Of a stretch of 64,000 nucleotides of DNA, positions 1 through 13,019 are shown one piece after another. This DNA is from Hypanus sabinus (lineage: Eukaryota): the NCBI RefSeq assembly GCF_030144855.1, contig NC_082714.1, positions 95,976,001 to 96,040,000 on the forward strand, given 5' to 3'. Positions within the stretch are counted from its first letter, which is position 1, and each line of letters opens with the position of its first letter. Below the pieces are notes generated by a model. The model was not told where the DNA came from. It searched no databases and saw only the letters and a program-made list of their open reading frames with translations. The translations under genes and the position numbers were made by a program.

Positions 1-370
1 GACGAACATAAAAGCAAGGATATAATATTGAGTTTTCATAAAACATTGGTAAGGCCTTACTTGGTGTACTGTGTGCAGTTTCGGCCTCTTAACCTATCAA
101 GAGTGTGCTGATATTGGAGAGGGTTCTTAGGGGTTCGAAAAAATGTTTCCGGGTTTGAAAGGCCTTTCACATAAAGAACGTTATATGGCTCTGGGCCTGT
201 ACTCTCTGGAAATTAGAAAGGGGTGACCTCATTGAAACCATCGAACGTTGAAAAGGCTCGTTAAAGTGGAGGTGGAGAGAATGTTCCCGATTTGGGTGAG
301 TCCAAGTCCGGAGAACACAGCATCAAAATAGAGGCGCGTACTTTCAGAGCGGAGCTGGGGAGGAATGTCT
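1..370 (+). mobile_element. CR1 LINE 3' fragment (C-terminal ORF2), resumes at ~2515-2730 after an intervening insertion
   Basis: Degenerate CR1-type 3' coding sequence (ctctgggcctgtactctctgga, gacctcattgaaacc). It is collinear with the CR1 3' end at ~32470-33030. Confidence 0.75.
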
Positions 371-717
371 TCAGCCAGTGTCACTCGGTTCCCATATGGC
401 CAACGTGCGGAGTGAGGGACACTGAAGCTGGTCGACAGTTTACAGACTTCAATGCGAACAATGTTAAAGGGAAAAGAAAACAATAAATGCCAGGCCAAAC
501 AGAGCCATTAACTAAAACTTTCAAATGGAAAACGAAGCCTACACTGTGGTTGAAATGAATATCTAAGAAATGAATCTTACTTTGTCCTTAGCCATCCGTA
601 TTTATCTGTCAATGTATCACTGAAATTAGCAGAATAAAACTTATTCAATCTACTCCCTGAACAAATAAGTATCAAGAAACGCAAATAATAACAAAAATGG
701 CAACGAACTGCACAGCC

Positions 718-2263
718 AGTTATATCTCTTCCAGACCCTACCAATAGAGATTAACCAAAATCAATTCAAAGAATTCAATTCAATTCAAGATGTTACCAAG
801 GTATATTTGGCAGGGTAAAAGGCCTGGAGTACATCTGAAAACTTTGCAATTAGCAAAGGAAAAGGGGGGATGGGGCTTCTCTTGGAGATTATTATTTTGC
901 AGCACAACTGAGAGCTGTGATATGTTGCTGCAACCCATCATATGACGCTGAATGGAAAAAACATTGAGGATCGGTTACTTCCCAGCCCCGTACAAGCAAT
1001 TTTGGCTGACAACAACCTGCAATGGTACATCAATACTATTGATAACCCATGGGTGAAATTGTCTCTTAAAATATGGAAAACTACTATAAAAGAAAATAAT
1101 CTAGAGTGAGATATTGCAATTCTTAAATGGTGTGCATATGACTCAGATTTTACACCAGATAAACTGGATGCGAGATTTAAGGAATGGACAGCTAAAGGAA
1201 TAACTGTACTTTGCAACATAATGAAAGAAGGAACACTGTTCAGTTCTGAAATACTTAAAGAGAAACACTTATTAGAGAAACAAGATTTTTATCGGTATTT
1301 ACAGATGCAACAATATGTTAATAAAACCATTAAAATGTAACCAAGGCAAGTACGTGCTTGATAGAGCTATTTAGAAAAGCATATAATTCAGATAACGGTA
1401 GTAGAATCACTTCAAACATGTATAAGGGGTTGTAAAATCTTAAAACACATTCGACTTCACACATTGAAACAAAATGGGAGAAGGAAGGAGGGGTAATTAT
1501 ATCTGAGGAGGAATGGACAATAATATGGAGGTATCGACGGAAGTGTACCAGTTCAAAGAAATGGGGGGAGTTTGGATGGAAAATCTTGATAAGATATTTG
1601 ATTACACCCTCTCAGAAATCCCATTATGATAGTAACCTCCCTGTTTGCTGGAGAAATTGTGGAAATCAAAGTGCAAATCATTATCATATTTTTTGGGACT
1701 ATCCGGCTATTAAAGACTATTGGAGGGGGATACACAATGCCCTACAAGATATATTTAAATGTGAAATGCCCTTAGAGAGTAAGACCATATATTTTGGATA
1801 TATACATCAAGAATGGTTGAAAAGAGATAAATATTTAATGAATATACTGTTGGTGGCTGGTAAAGAGACTCTTACTAGGAAATGCTTATCACGGTAGAGT
1901 CCAACTTTAAATGCATGGATGGAAATTACAATGGACATTTCCAAAATGGAGAAGATAACAGCATCTGGTAATCATAAGCTTGAACAATTTCATTCAAAAC
2001 TGGGAAAAATGGTTTAACTACATAATGCGTCATAGGCACGATTTTATTCTCACAAATCAATGCAAAAAAGATCACTCGCTACTTGTACATAGTTTTTTCC
2101 CTTTGCTTGTGCTTTTTTTTCTGCTCTTTTCAATAAGTAATAAATACTTTGTGGAAATTTGTGATATATATGATTATATGATATATATTTACAATGTCTG
2201 AAATACATCTTGTGGAAGTGTTTATTTGATGTTGAACTTCAATAAAAAATAAATTACAAAAAA
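718..2263 (+). mobile_element. 5'-truncated L1-clade LINE (ORF2 C-terminal part, 3' UTR, A-rich tail)
   Basis: Starts at LYLFQTLPIEIN. ORF 1586-1897 has the C-terminal Cys/His knuckle (CWRNCG...HIFW). AATAAA and an A-rich tail lie at ~2241-2263. A 15-bp direct repeat GAAATGAATATCTAA occurs at 552-566 and 2264-2278. Confidence 0.85.
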
Positions 2264-3184
2264 GAAATGAATATCTAAATATGAAACGAATACCGCTCGT
2301 CTTCAGAGTCAGTTGACTCGACAGTCCAATTTCTCAAGCAAGCCGAATGCAAGCAGGCATGGAGGCATGGCTGGGCTGGGATCAAGTCTCGACAAATGCT
2401 ACGACGGAATGAATGGAGTTCAATACTATCACAATGAAATAATAATTAGCTGACACGTGCATATTCACGAGCGCAATTGCCGTGACTACTGCTCTGCCGA
2501 ATCCGTGGTTGTGACAACCAGAGAGCTGTGAATCAGTGAAATTCATTCGGACAAGCGACTGTGGAGGCCAAGTCACTGGGTACAATTAAGGCAGAGGATG
2601 ACAAGTTTTCGATTAGACAGATATCTGCGGAGGGCATGAAAGAATACAGGAATAAGGCAGGAGATTGGGACTGAGAGGGGAAATTATTCAGTCGTGACAA
2701 AAAGTCGTAGCAGGCTCGATATGTCAAGTAGACTAATTCTGCCCTTTTACCTGATAGTGATATTCTAACCTATTCTACCTGCCGTTCGTCATCTCTTCAA
2801 AATTCGTTTTCCCGGACATAATTTCCTGCGCACAAAGTCATGATGACTATCCTGAATCATTTTTTACCTTTCGAAAGGCTGATGGATACTGGCGCATAGA
2901 AAATCTTGCATTAACTTGTCTTTACTGTACGAAAAATCGCAGGCTTCGAGTTCTCTGGGTCTTCCCTTCAGAACATTAAGACAAGTTGCCAAAACGGATA
3001 AATGACCGTGGCAGCGAGGATGAGTGGGTACATGATCAAAGCGTCGGAAGGCAGCAGAATTCATAGAGAGAGGGAGAGAGCGAGGGAGGGAGGGAGAGAT
3101 AGCAGAGTAGAGGGAGCGGCAGTAAAGAGAGGGAGAGGCGGTAGTGTAGGTACCCCACAAAGAGAATCGCAGTACAGCAGCAGA

Positions 3185-3655
3185 TCACAAAAAAGAGATT
3201 CTGGAAATGCTGTCAATCCACAGCAACACGTGGAGACCGCTGCAGGAACTCAGCAGGTCAGGCAGCATCTCTAGAAATGAATGAACTATCGACGTTTCTG
3301 AACGAGAGGCGGGGTGCGTTTGTATCTGATAGGTAAAATTAGTTGGGAGGTAAGGCATATGAAAAGAACGAATTTGATTGGAGAGGTGAGAGGGCCACAG
3401 GAGAAAGAGAAGGAGCAAAAAGGGCACTAGGGTAGAGCTGATAGGAAGATGAGGATAAGAGGTAACAGTGGGGAAAATAAGAGGACGAAAGGGAGAGAGG
3501 AAAAGAAAAAGAAAGAGAAAGAGAAATAACGGAAGGAGAAACTGATCTTCAAGATATGAGGTTACCCGCGACCTCAAGAGGAAACGACGTCTTTCTCCTG
3601 CACACTGAGATGGCTTCATCGTGGTTAAAGGGACGGCCATCCACAGACAGTGGAT
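3185..3655 (-). mobile_element. Penelope-like element 3' remnant
   Basis: The minus strand gives a decayed Penelope-type ORF end followed by a pyrimidine-rich UTR and the terminal repeat (plus strand ggaactcagcaggtcaggcagcatct). A paralogous copy is at 33665-34130. Confidence 0.65.
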
Positions 3656-3657
3656 GG

Positions 3658-3975
3658 TACTGGAGAGTCCAGTACCAGAGGGCATGGATTGAGAATAAGA
3701 GGTCAGTTATTTAAAACAGAGTTGAGGAAGAGCTTCTTCTCCCAGAGAGTTGTGGAGATGTGGAATGCACTGCCTCGGAAGACGGTGGAGGCCAATTCTC
3801 TGGATGCTTTCAAGAAGGAGCTAGATAGATATCTAATGGATAGGGGAATCAAGGGATATGGGGACAAGGCAGGGACTGGGTATTGATAGTGAATAATCAG
3901 CCATGATCTCAGAATGGCGGTGCAGGCTCGAGGGGCCGAATGGTCTACTTCTGCACCTATTGTCTATTGTCTATC
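3658..3975 (+). mobile_element. CR1 LINE 3' end with short tandem tail
   Basis: ORF 3650-3886 (RGHGLRIRG...FFSQRVVEMWNALP) is the CR1 ORF2 C-terminus. It ends in a ctattgt repeat tail. Confidence 0.85.
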
Positions 3976-4124
3976 TCGCAAAGGGAATGGGAGTAAAAAC
4001 TCATAAGTTTTTTTCACCAGGAAAATCCGTTTTTGACGGATGGAGAAGAGAACAGAGACTTCCAACCAGAATAAATCCCAAAGGATTACAGCTCTCTGTT
4101 TTCTGTAGGCATCGAGTTCTGAAT

Positions 4125-4915
4125 TAAAGCGGCAAAGTGCAGTCAATCCCTTCCATCTTAATCACTGGATGAGCCTCACATTTTAGAAACGCCTTAATAA
4201 AATACACGTAAACATAGTCCACGGCACTACCTTCAATCACGTTCGTCATCTTTTGGTAGAACTCAATTAACTTCATGAGACATACACAGAGATATGATTT
4301 TTCAACTGACAACAAATCCCTAAAAATAATCTCCACTAATTCCTCTACCACTGACGGTAGAGAACTGACTAGCTAGTCTATAGATTCCACGATTAATCCA
4401 ATTTCCCATCTTAAACAATGGAACAACATTAGGTTCACTTAATGTTCAGAGACGTCGCCTATGGCTAGAGGACTCGAAGATATTGATCATGGCCCCTGAA
4501 ATTTCACCTCATACCTCTCTACATAACCAGGTTGACTAACCCATTAGGTTATGGAGACTTATCCATCTTCATGTCCTTTAAGAGACACAACGCTTGCTTT
4601 TTTTATCTAGCAAATTAGCCCGCTTCACACGTTGCTCGCCCTACTTTCTCCAGATTCAATGTAGTCATTTAAGACCTCATCCACATCCTCTGTCCCAAAG
4701 CGCATGATCTCTCTTTATCGTTGAGTCGGTCACCTGCTGCCCAGTTGTCTTTCGTTCGAGATTTACGTATCGAATAGCTTGAGATTCTTCTTAATCCATT
4801 GTGACTACGATTTCTCATGGTCCTTCCAGGTTACAGGGCTTAATTTTAACATCCTAAACATTATATGCGCTCCCTTTTCTTTTTCACTAAATTTGCTATC
4901 ACATAACTTCATGTC
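4125..4915 (-). mobile_element. CR1 LINE RT fragment
   Basis: ORF 4124-4351 (LIEFYQKMTNVIEGSAVDYVYVYFIKAF) matches the CR1 RT motif LIEFFEEVT...AVDVVYMDFSKAF. Confidence 0.75.
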
Positions 4916-6439
4916 AGATGCGTGATTAGTCCCAAACAAATGTTCGCAGTTAATTGTTCATTGCTGCGAACACGGTCATTAAGCCGGCAGAGGACCCACG
5001 AAAGCGGGGCGGGGGGTGCGGAATCAATGTGGATCGCTTCAAGGCTCGTCCTCCGACCACAGAGATAGAAGCAAAGAAATCGCGGGAAAATAAACAAATG
5101 AATTGAATTTGCTTTCATAGAAACAATACGCAGTAAACATTGCAGAAACGGTCGACTGCAGAGCAATAGCGTACAGTCACAAAAGTAGAAATGATTGTTC
5201 TATAGAAATATCTGGCAATGGAAAACAATAAATCACCCTGAGCTGATGACATTCTCCGCAAAGTCATAAAGTCCTGTAAGAGATGGGACACAGACACATT
5301 TCTGTCCTGGATTTTTAAAGTTTATACTATTAGTCTTTCAAGACGGAGAGGGGAAACAGAGAGGGAGAGAAAGAGGGAGAGAGCGATTGGAAGTGTTTGT
5401 GAGAGAGGGAGAGTGGGGAGTACCGACAGAGAGAGACAGAGGAGGGTGGTGATAGATAAAAAAATAGAGTTTACCTCAGTATTAAGGGCGAATTCAGTAT
5501 GCTTATTAATAATAAAATGATAACATGGTACCTGAAAGAGTGAAATTTAAACTGGAAAACATTACTGTGGATTTAGAATGTAATATTGTCCTCATTAGTT
5601 CATAATTTCGAATACATAAAATAAAATATGTGAACTAGAAGACATGAGGTGAAAGCAGTTGGATTTTCACTACACGTGCACTACTTCACTACACCTGTAT
5701 TGGACTGAATGAACGACAGTCTACAAATCAGTGATTTCGAATGAAGCAAGCACAGTGGAAGCAGACAGACTAATTGTGTTTGTTCTTGCTGCGTGTTTGG
5801 GAATGGAGGCTGCCATTTTTGAAGAAACTCTATTCTCCATTTTGTGAGCTTAACTTGCTGGACTTGATCAATGTTTTGAAGAAGACACAATGATGCTTCG
5901 TAATATGCTGGTCTGGAGATCATTTTCAAATAAGAAGTTATTTGTGTGATGTTCTTTGGTCGGACATAATATGCAGGTTTGTGAATCTTGCGTTTGCTGA
6001 CTCCCTCGAGTGATTCAAGTTAGTTCCTGATTGAGAAGAAAGAGCCATAAATTATCAACTGTCACTTGATGGGAAGAGGGCAATAAATGGACGCTGGCAT
6101 GGAGCAGAGCCAATGACAAGGAGTTAATTGACTGTCACATGACCTATGGTCAAAGACACTGGAATGCAATATTTGAGTTGAGAAGGAATGGATATAAAAA
6201 TAAATGTTTCGTGTGTGCTGGTAGCGGTAACTTTGAAGAAAAATCATCGCAGATACAAGTGTGAGCAACCCTCTGTGAAACATGTGACGAGGGAATCGGT
6301 ACTACGAGGAATGACTGGCCAGCACAGACTCCTTTGCCCGTGTAATACCTTTGCTATTCTTTGACTGTTCAGGAGAGTCAGGGATACTTAGCGGGTGTGC
6401 ACACGTTAGTGTGTGAATTCACGTGCTTGTCAATTTAAA

Positions 6440-8130
6440 CAACAAAGGTACTTGACAGTAAATACTGATATAGTCGATTAACAACATCCTGACGTTCGTG
6501 TTTGAGTTGTCTTGGTGATCTAAAACCTTGTGAAGAGCCAATGAGATTGCGTCTGCCGTTGACCTACTGTGACGATAGGCCAATTGCAATGGGTCAGGTT
6601 CTTGCTGAGGCAGGAGTTCAGTCTAGTCTTAACCAACCTCTCAAAACATTTCATCAATGTCGAAGTGAGTGTTACCGGGCGATCATCGTTAAGGCAGCCC
6701 ACATTATTCTTCTTAGGCACTGGTTTAATTGTTGCCTTTTTGAAGCAAGTGGGAACTTCTGCCCAGAGCAGTGAGAGGTTGAAAATGTCCTTGAATACTC
6801 CCGCTAGTTGGTTCGCACAGGTTTTCAAGCCATACCAGGTACACAACGGGACCTTCTGCCTTGTGAAGGTTCACTCTCTTTAAAGACAGTCTAACATCGG
6901 CCTCTGAGACAGAGATCACAGGGTCATCAGGTGCAGCAGGGATTTTCACAGTTGTAGTTGTGTTCTCCCTTTCAAAGCGTGCATAGAAGGCGCTGAGTTC
7001 ATCTGGTAGTGAAGCATCGCTGCAATTCATTCTGTTGGGTTTCGCTTTGTAGGAGGTAATGTCTTGCAGTCCCTCCCAGAATTACCGTCCATCTGAGACC
7101 GCCTCCAACCTCGTTCGAAATTGCCCCTTTATCCTTGAAATAGCCCTCCGCAAATCATACCTGGTTTTCTGGTCTCCAGACTTGAATGTCACAGATCTAA
7201 CCTTCAGCAGACGACGAACCTGCTGGTTCATCTACGGCTTTTGGTTTGGGAATGTACAGTAAGTCTTTTTAGGCACACACATATCCACACAGGTTTTAAT
7301 GTATTCGGTTACAACTGCAAGTTACTAATTCAGAGTCAAAGATGAATCCCTGAATACAGTGCAGTCCCCGATTCAAAGCAGTCCTGTTGGCGCTCCTGTG
7401 CTTCCCTTGCCCAAACCGTCTTGGTCCTCACTAGTAGTAGAAGTACAGCTAGGTGATCAGACTTCCCGAATGACGGCGTGGAATAGCACGGTAGGCATTC
7501 TTGATGGTTTAACAATGGTCCAGTGTGTTGATTCCTCTGGTATTGCAAGTGATCTGTTTATGGTAATTGCTTCGTGATTTTTTCAGACTAGCCTTGTTAA
7601 AATCTCCCAAAACGATGGAGAAGGCGTAAGGTTGCGCTGATTCATGCACGTTGATCCAATTGCTTAGATCATCGAAAGCCTAATTGACATTGGTCTGAGG
7701 TGGAATCTAATCTGCTACAGAATGACCCCAGAGAATTCCTGTGGTAAGTCAAAAGGACGACAACTTACTACTAGATATTCTAGGTCTGATGAGCAGAATT
7801 AGAATAGCACTGATATATTCGTGCACCAAGAATAGTTGATCATGAGGCATAATCCTCCACCTCTGCTTTTGAGACACTCTAAAAATCTATCCTGATGATG
7901 TATAGTAAACCCATCGATCTGAATCTCCGCATCCGGTTCGGAAGAGGTTAACCAGGATTCAGTGAAACAAAGAACACACATGGCCCTAACGTCCCACTGA
8001 TACAGCACCCTGGCTCTGAGATCGTCGATCTTATTCACGAGAGACTGCACGTTAGCCAGCAAGATCGTCGATATAGGGAATTTAAAACCCCGTTTCCTTA
8101 AACGCACTTGCAATCCTGATAACCGGCTAC
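6440..8130 (-). mobile_element. Rex1/Babar-type LINE, decayed endonuclease and 5' half of RT
   Basis: Endonuclease start ILLANVQSLVNKIDDL...CFTESWL...SRGGGLC (7799-8113). RT start [14 protein letters not shown]...PVPKK...[17 protein letters not shown] (6520-6846). Frameshifted. Confidence 0.85.
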
Positions 8131-9099
8131 GCTATCTAATTATAGCTGATTTTTATTTCAACCCCATTCTCCTGTCTTCTAGGTATCCCTTAACCCCTTC
8201 TCTCAGACCATGCTATTTTCTAGTTGCTGCCATTAGGCAGGAGTGACAGGAAGCTCAGAGCTCACACCCCTAAGTTGAACAACTGTTGGTACTCTGCAAC
8301 CATCAGGTGCCTGAACCAGCGTGGATAAATTTTCTCATCTCAACTCTGAACTAATTCCACTATGTCGGGACTGTTTTCCAAGGACTGTACAGCTCATGCT
8401 GTCTATATTATTGATTTTATTATTTTCCGCAATATTGTCTCTTTTCAGGATTGGTTGTTTGCCATACGTCATGTATAGTTTTTGCATAAATTATATTTCA
8501 TTGTTCCTTTTGTCATTATCAAGAAGAAAATGAACCTGCGGGTAGCATTTTAGTGACAGATAATACTGGCATAATAATTTTAGTTTAGTGTGAACTTTGA
8601 TGAGTGGTGTGTATTAGGGATGGAACTGCCACCGCTCACCATGTTCTCTGTGTTATTTCCTTATTTATTTGTTATTGCTGTTTGTTTATTATTAGTTGTT
8701 GTTCTACTGTGAATGTCGACTGTTTATTTATATCCATAGATGCCGCCTTACGTGTTGACGTCTTTCATCATTTTATAAGTGTTATTTCCAACAGTTATGG
8801 AAGCATGATACTCTTTCGTAAATTGGTAAGAGATGAGACAAGCTGGAAGCAATAATTAATGCGCCGCGTTCGGAACGCAGGTGTCACTCGAGTTTAATAA
8901 AGAAATACTTTTTACTGTTCACAATTTATATCTCATGTTTGAATGAAGAAGGTAAGTGTGAAGTGTCCAGGTGTGATGATTGAAATTCAGTTGCTAATTG
9001 CGGCGTTTATTCTGAGTTGGAGTTTATTCCGATGGATTAGGTAAACAGACGGAGATAAAGCATGCTCCTAAACATAAGATCAACGTATTTTCAGAAACA

Positions 9100-9930
9100 A
9101 TAGAACTCAGTATTACTGATCAATAATGAGGGATTGGATCCGATTAGAATTTGGTCTGCTTGTATTCAGGCTCTCCGATGCTCGAGGTCGACCATAGATA
9201 GTTCGACCGAGTTGTCTCAGTGGAATGCGCAAACCTGGGCAGTGTGATATGGAGATGCACGTGTTGCCACTGCAAAAGGCTCCCCTTCTCCACGCAGTGA
9301 TGAACCCAAAGGAACTGCAGAGACGGATGAAATTTAGCAAGAGCGGCGTCACCGGGGTTGCCAGTCAACGTTGAACTCGACGTCCGGCTCCGGATTTTCC
9401 TCAGGATTTACTCCCGACGCGTTCCCCATGAGTGGGTAACGTCGCAAGCCAGTGGAGGCTGGAGATCAGAGTTTTCCTTCTTGTATTTCAGCTGTCAACC
9501 ACGGCTGACGAAACCCATCCGCCAAAAGTGAGTTGTTTCAAGGTTGTTTCTATCCTGCAGTAGAAACGGATTCAGCAGGCTTGACAGTTAAGCCGCACGT
9601 AAGAGCCAGGATCTGAACTTGGTTGTAAGAGGCCATTTAATATGTGGGCGTTGGGGCCATTGCATAGGTAGTGGGAGCTCATCCCCTGGACTCACCTACA
9701 CTCCACCTCCCTCCACCTGACTATGAAGGAACTGTGTGCTTGTATACGGATCTCTGACCGTTAATTCATAGATACCATAAAGCAAACAGTAGGACAAAGG
9801 TGTACATTAGTTTGTGCCTATGTGTACCGGAGCGTTAAACAGTGATGTCTTCTTCTTCCACTGCTACTAGAGAAAAGGCCGCCGACAGCAGCTGGCCAGC
9901 GTCCTGTGTCCTGGGACAAACTGGGGCTGC
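9100..9930 (-). mobile_element. RTE-type LINE remnants
   Basis: Paralogous to 56970-57900, whose minus strand encodes an RTE-like C-terminus (AQDIGLWRATVGSLCP) followed by a ttcttc-type tail. Confidence 0.5.
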
Positions 9931-11869
9931 TTGTTTTTAACTGAAAGGTCATCTTACTGAAAGAACAGCCTGATGATAAAGGTGCAACGGTGATAATTTT
10001 GAACCATATATTGGGTATATTGGGTATATTGAACCAAGTGTCAGAGTATAAAACCAGGACTTGTGTCTTTCCGGACGGAAATGAGAAAGATGTTTTTTTT
10101 TCTGTGAACTGGATATTCGAGAAGGAATTTGAAAGATCTTTAGATATAAGAGGAATTGATACATGTGGATTTAGTGCAGGAAATCGGAACTCTGGGGAAT
10201 TATTACCTGCAGGGAAAGCATGATGGTCCAGTGACCGAAAGGCGCAGCCCTGTCGTCAATCATTTTGTAATGTCTTACACTGCATGTCCAAAGCGCAGAC
10301 GGTTTTTAAGCTGGTGGCTGTGGGGCCAACGCAGGAGTTGTTGCAGCTGTGATCTTCCATGCAGAAAGTGAGTATTCTGTCCGGCAGCTGATCAGAAGAA
10401 CTTCTTTGTATCAGTGGATGTATTCTTTGTAAATACTTACCCACTCTTTCAGAACACACGCAGATATCAACCGCCAAGGCCTCTAAAACTCATGATCTCA
10501 GTTTTATTTATTTATTTAAACGGGTATGCATGTATTTATATTCTGTTAATTAATTTCCTGTATGGATTTACCCTTATTCTTTCTAACTTCCACAGTTTGT
10601 CTTGTTTTATACATTGTTTGTTAGCGTGTAGTTTGTACTTATTCTACTGTTTTCTATTTGTTCTATTCTAAATGACTGTATGAAGTCGATTTAAAGAGTG
10701 GTATATTGTAATACATACATATCGTGATAATAATTTTAACCTGAACTTTGAACTTTGGATCATCTCTAATATAGTTTCATTTATTTCTTCTAATATATTT
10801 TCTGGCCAATAGTCACTGCTCGACATTGATAGCAGCGGATTGTGCAATCGTCGGTCTTTGAAAAGGACGGTCAGATTTTCTAAGTCGCCGAATTCAGGCC
10901 AAAGCCCAAGGGTTTTCAGGTGTCTGTTTCTAGTCTCCTGATTAACTTGCCGGAGAATGGCCCTGATATTGCGCCGTGGTGAATTCAATTCGGTGCAATG
11001 GTTGTTCATAATCTCCAATATTGGCATCATTGGAGGAAGGTGTGTTTGATGATGGAGGTTGGATAAGGACACTCTCCAGAGGAATTCCTGCAGTGATACT
11101 GGGGGTGGTGGAGATTTGATCGACCTTAGACAGCCAGAAACATCGTTCTGTTGTCTGAGCTTTGATTTTAAAATCTGAAGTGAATTGAGGCTTCACCCAG
11201 GCCCGCATTCCTGCTGCTTTCGACACGGGATAGTAAATGGGAACACGGAGGGTAATAATTATTACCATTCAAGCGTCAGACCAGATGCTTGAAACAGCGT
11301 GGATAACTTCGCTCATCTGAACACCGAACGGATTTCATAACCCATGGACTCGCTTCCAAGAACTCTACAGCTCAAGCCCTCAGTGTCGTCAATTGATGTA
11401 TTTATTTATCTATTTATACCATTATTTATCTATCTAGTTATTATTAATGCACGTATGTATTATCTATGTATACGCCTATCTATCTATTTGTCTGCTTATT
11501 ATTATTGCTATATTTCCTCAGTTTGGCTTCTTTTGCATATTAATTGCTTGTCTGTCTTTGTGTGTAGATTTTCATTGATTCTATTCTATTGCTCTCTTCT
11601 ACTGTGTATGCCTCCAAGGAAGTTAATCTCCCGGTGGTATATGGTAACATAAACGTGCTTTGATAATAAATTTACCTTTAAATTGTGCGTTGATCATTAG
11701 TCGATTGGGAATTATGAATTTTAGCGATCAACTTTATTTAAATCCTGACATAAAAGGAAAATAGCACTGTATAAATGACATGATTTTCCAAACGCAGGAA
11801 CTGCGCCAGTACATTCAGAAGTCAGTTTCAAAGACGGTTATAGGGATCTATAGGAACTTATGCAAAGTG

Positions 11870-13010
11870 TAGGTTTGCTGCACCCCTGTGTCTTTCTTTC
11901 CCTTCATTTGCCGAGAGGAACCTGGAACCTCCAGCTGTCAAGGAGGCCCGGGAGGAATGGTAACACTGGCTGGAGGAGGCCGATCCTCCTTTCTTGGTCT
12001 GGACTGATTGGAAGAACGTCTCCTCCTGTCAGAGTGCAAAGGGACCCAACTCTCGTCAAGCCGATGGACCCTCCTCTTCACGCGGCTTTATTTTATCCTC
12101 ACTTAGCGACTGGGCTGCAAGACGAACTGGGCCGACGCTCTCTCTCGGCGGTTTGGACGGATCAGAAGTCAATGCCGATCCAGAAGTCATTGTTCTTCAG
12201 TCGTATTTTGCTGCTTCAGTGATCTGAGGAATAGAGACAGTGGTGAGGGCCGCCCAAGATTCGGACCCAGACTCGGGTGGGGAACTTCCCAACCGGCTGA
12301 ATGTCGCTGCCGCTGTGCGTTCCGAAGTTTTGGAATGGCGTTAGTCCTCCCGTCTGGCTGAACATCTGGGAATTCGACGGGCCCAGGAGTTTATAAAGAG
12401 TAAATTTTAGTGGCTATCTATGTTTTAGGATGTCCACAAGTTTGCATCTGGGCACGGAACGAGACGTCAGCTAGCTTCCAGCGGGTCTGCTATGTCGACT
12501 GCCTGTGCCCCGCCAATCTTGGTCCAACCTCTCAGTAGATTTCCTCACTGGGCTGCCGCCGCCAAAGGAATCACCAGCATCTTGGTCGCTGTGGATCGAT
12601 TTTCCAAGGCCGCTCACTTCATTGTCCTCCTCAAGCCTCCATCAGATCGTCAACGTGTCTGGTTAAACATTTGTGCAGGTTCCAATATTTCTGTCAAGAC
12701 ATAGTATCTAATCATGTACCATAATTCACTTGCCGCTTTTGGAAAGCTTTTGTGCTCTCTTGTAGGAGACACGGCAGCCTCCTCATCTGGTTTCCAACCC
12801 TAACCCAATAGCCAGACTGAGAGAGTAAACCAGGAGTTGAGGACGACACCGCGCTTCCTTGCCTCTTGCAACCCCATGTACTGGAGCTCCCAGATGGTTC
12901 TGGACGAAATCGCCCACGATAACCATTCGTCGTCCAGGAGGATCTATCTGTCTTACATTGGATCTTGCGTAATAACCAGATTTTATTATGGAGCTTAAAG
13001 TAAAGGAGAC
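11870..13010 (+). mobile_element. Gypsy pol fragment (RNase H to integrase), internally deleted
   Basis: Integrase core [15 protein letters not shown] (12492-12704). Homologous to 40610-41390. Confidence 0.8.
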
Positions 13011-13019
13011 CTAACGAGG

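Noticed and set aside
4930-5240. Possible third IgL C / 3' UTR remnant after block X
   Set aside because: Only scattered short matches with inconsistent spacing to the real C exon.
5752-5790. CACAGTG heptamer as an RSS
   Set aside because: No ACAAAAACC-like nonamer at 12 or 23 nt and no adjacent V, D or J.
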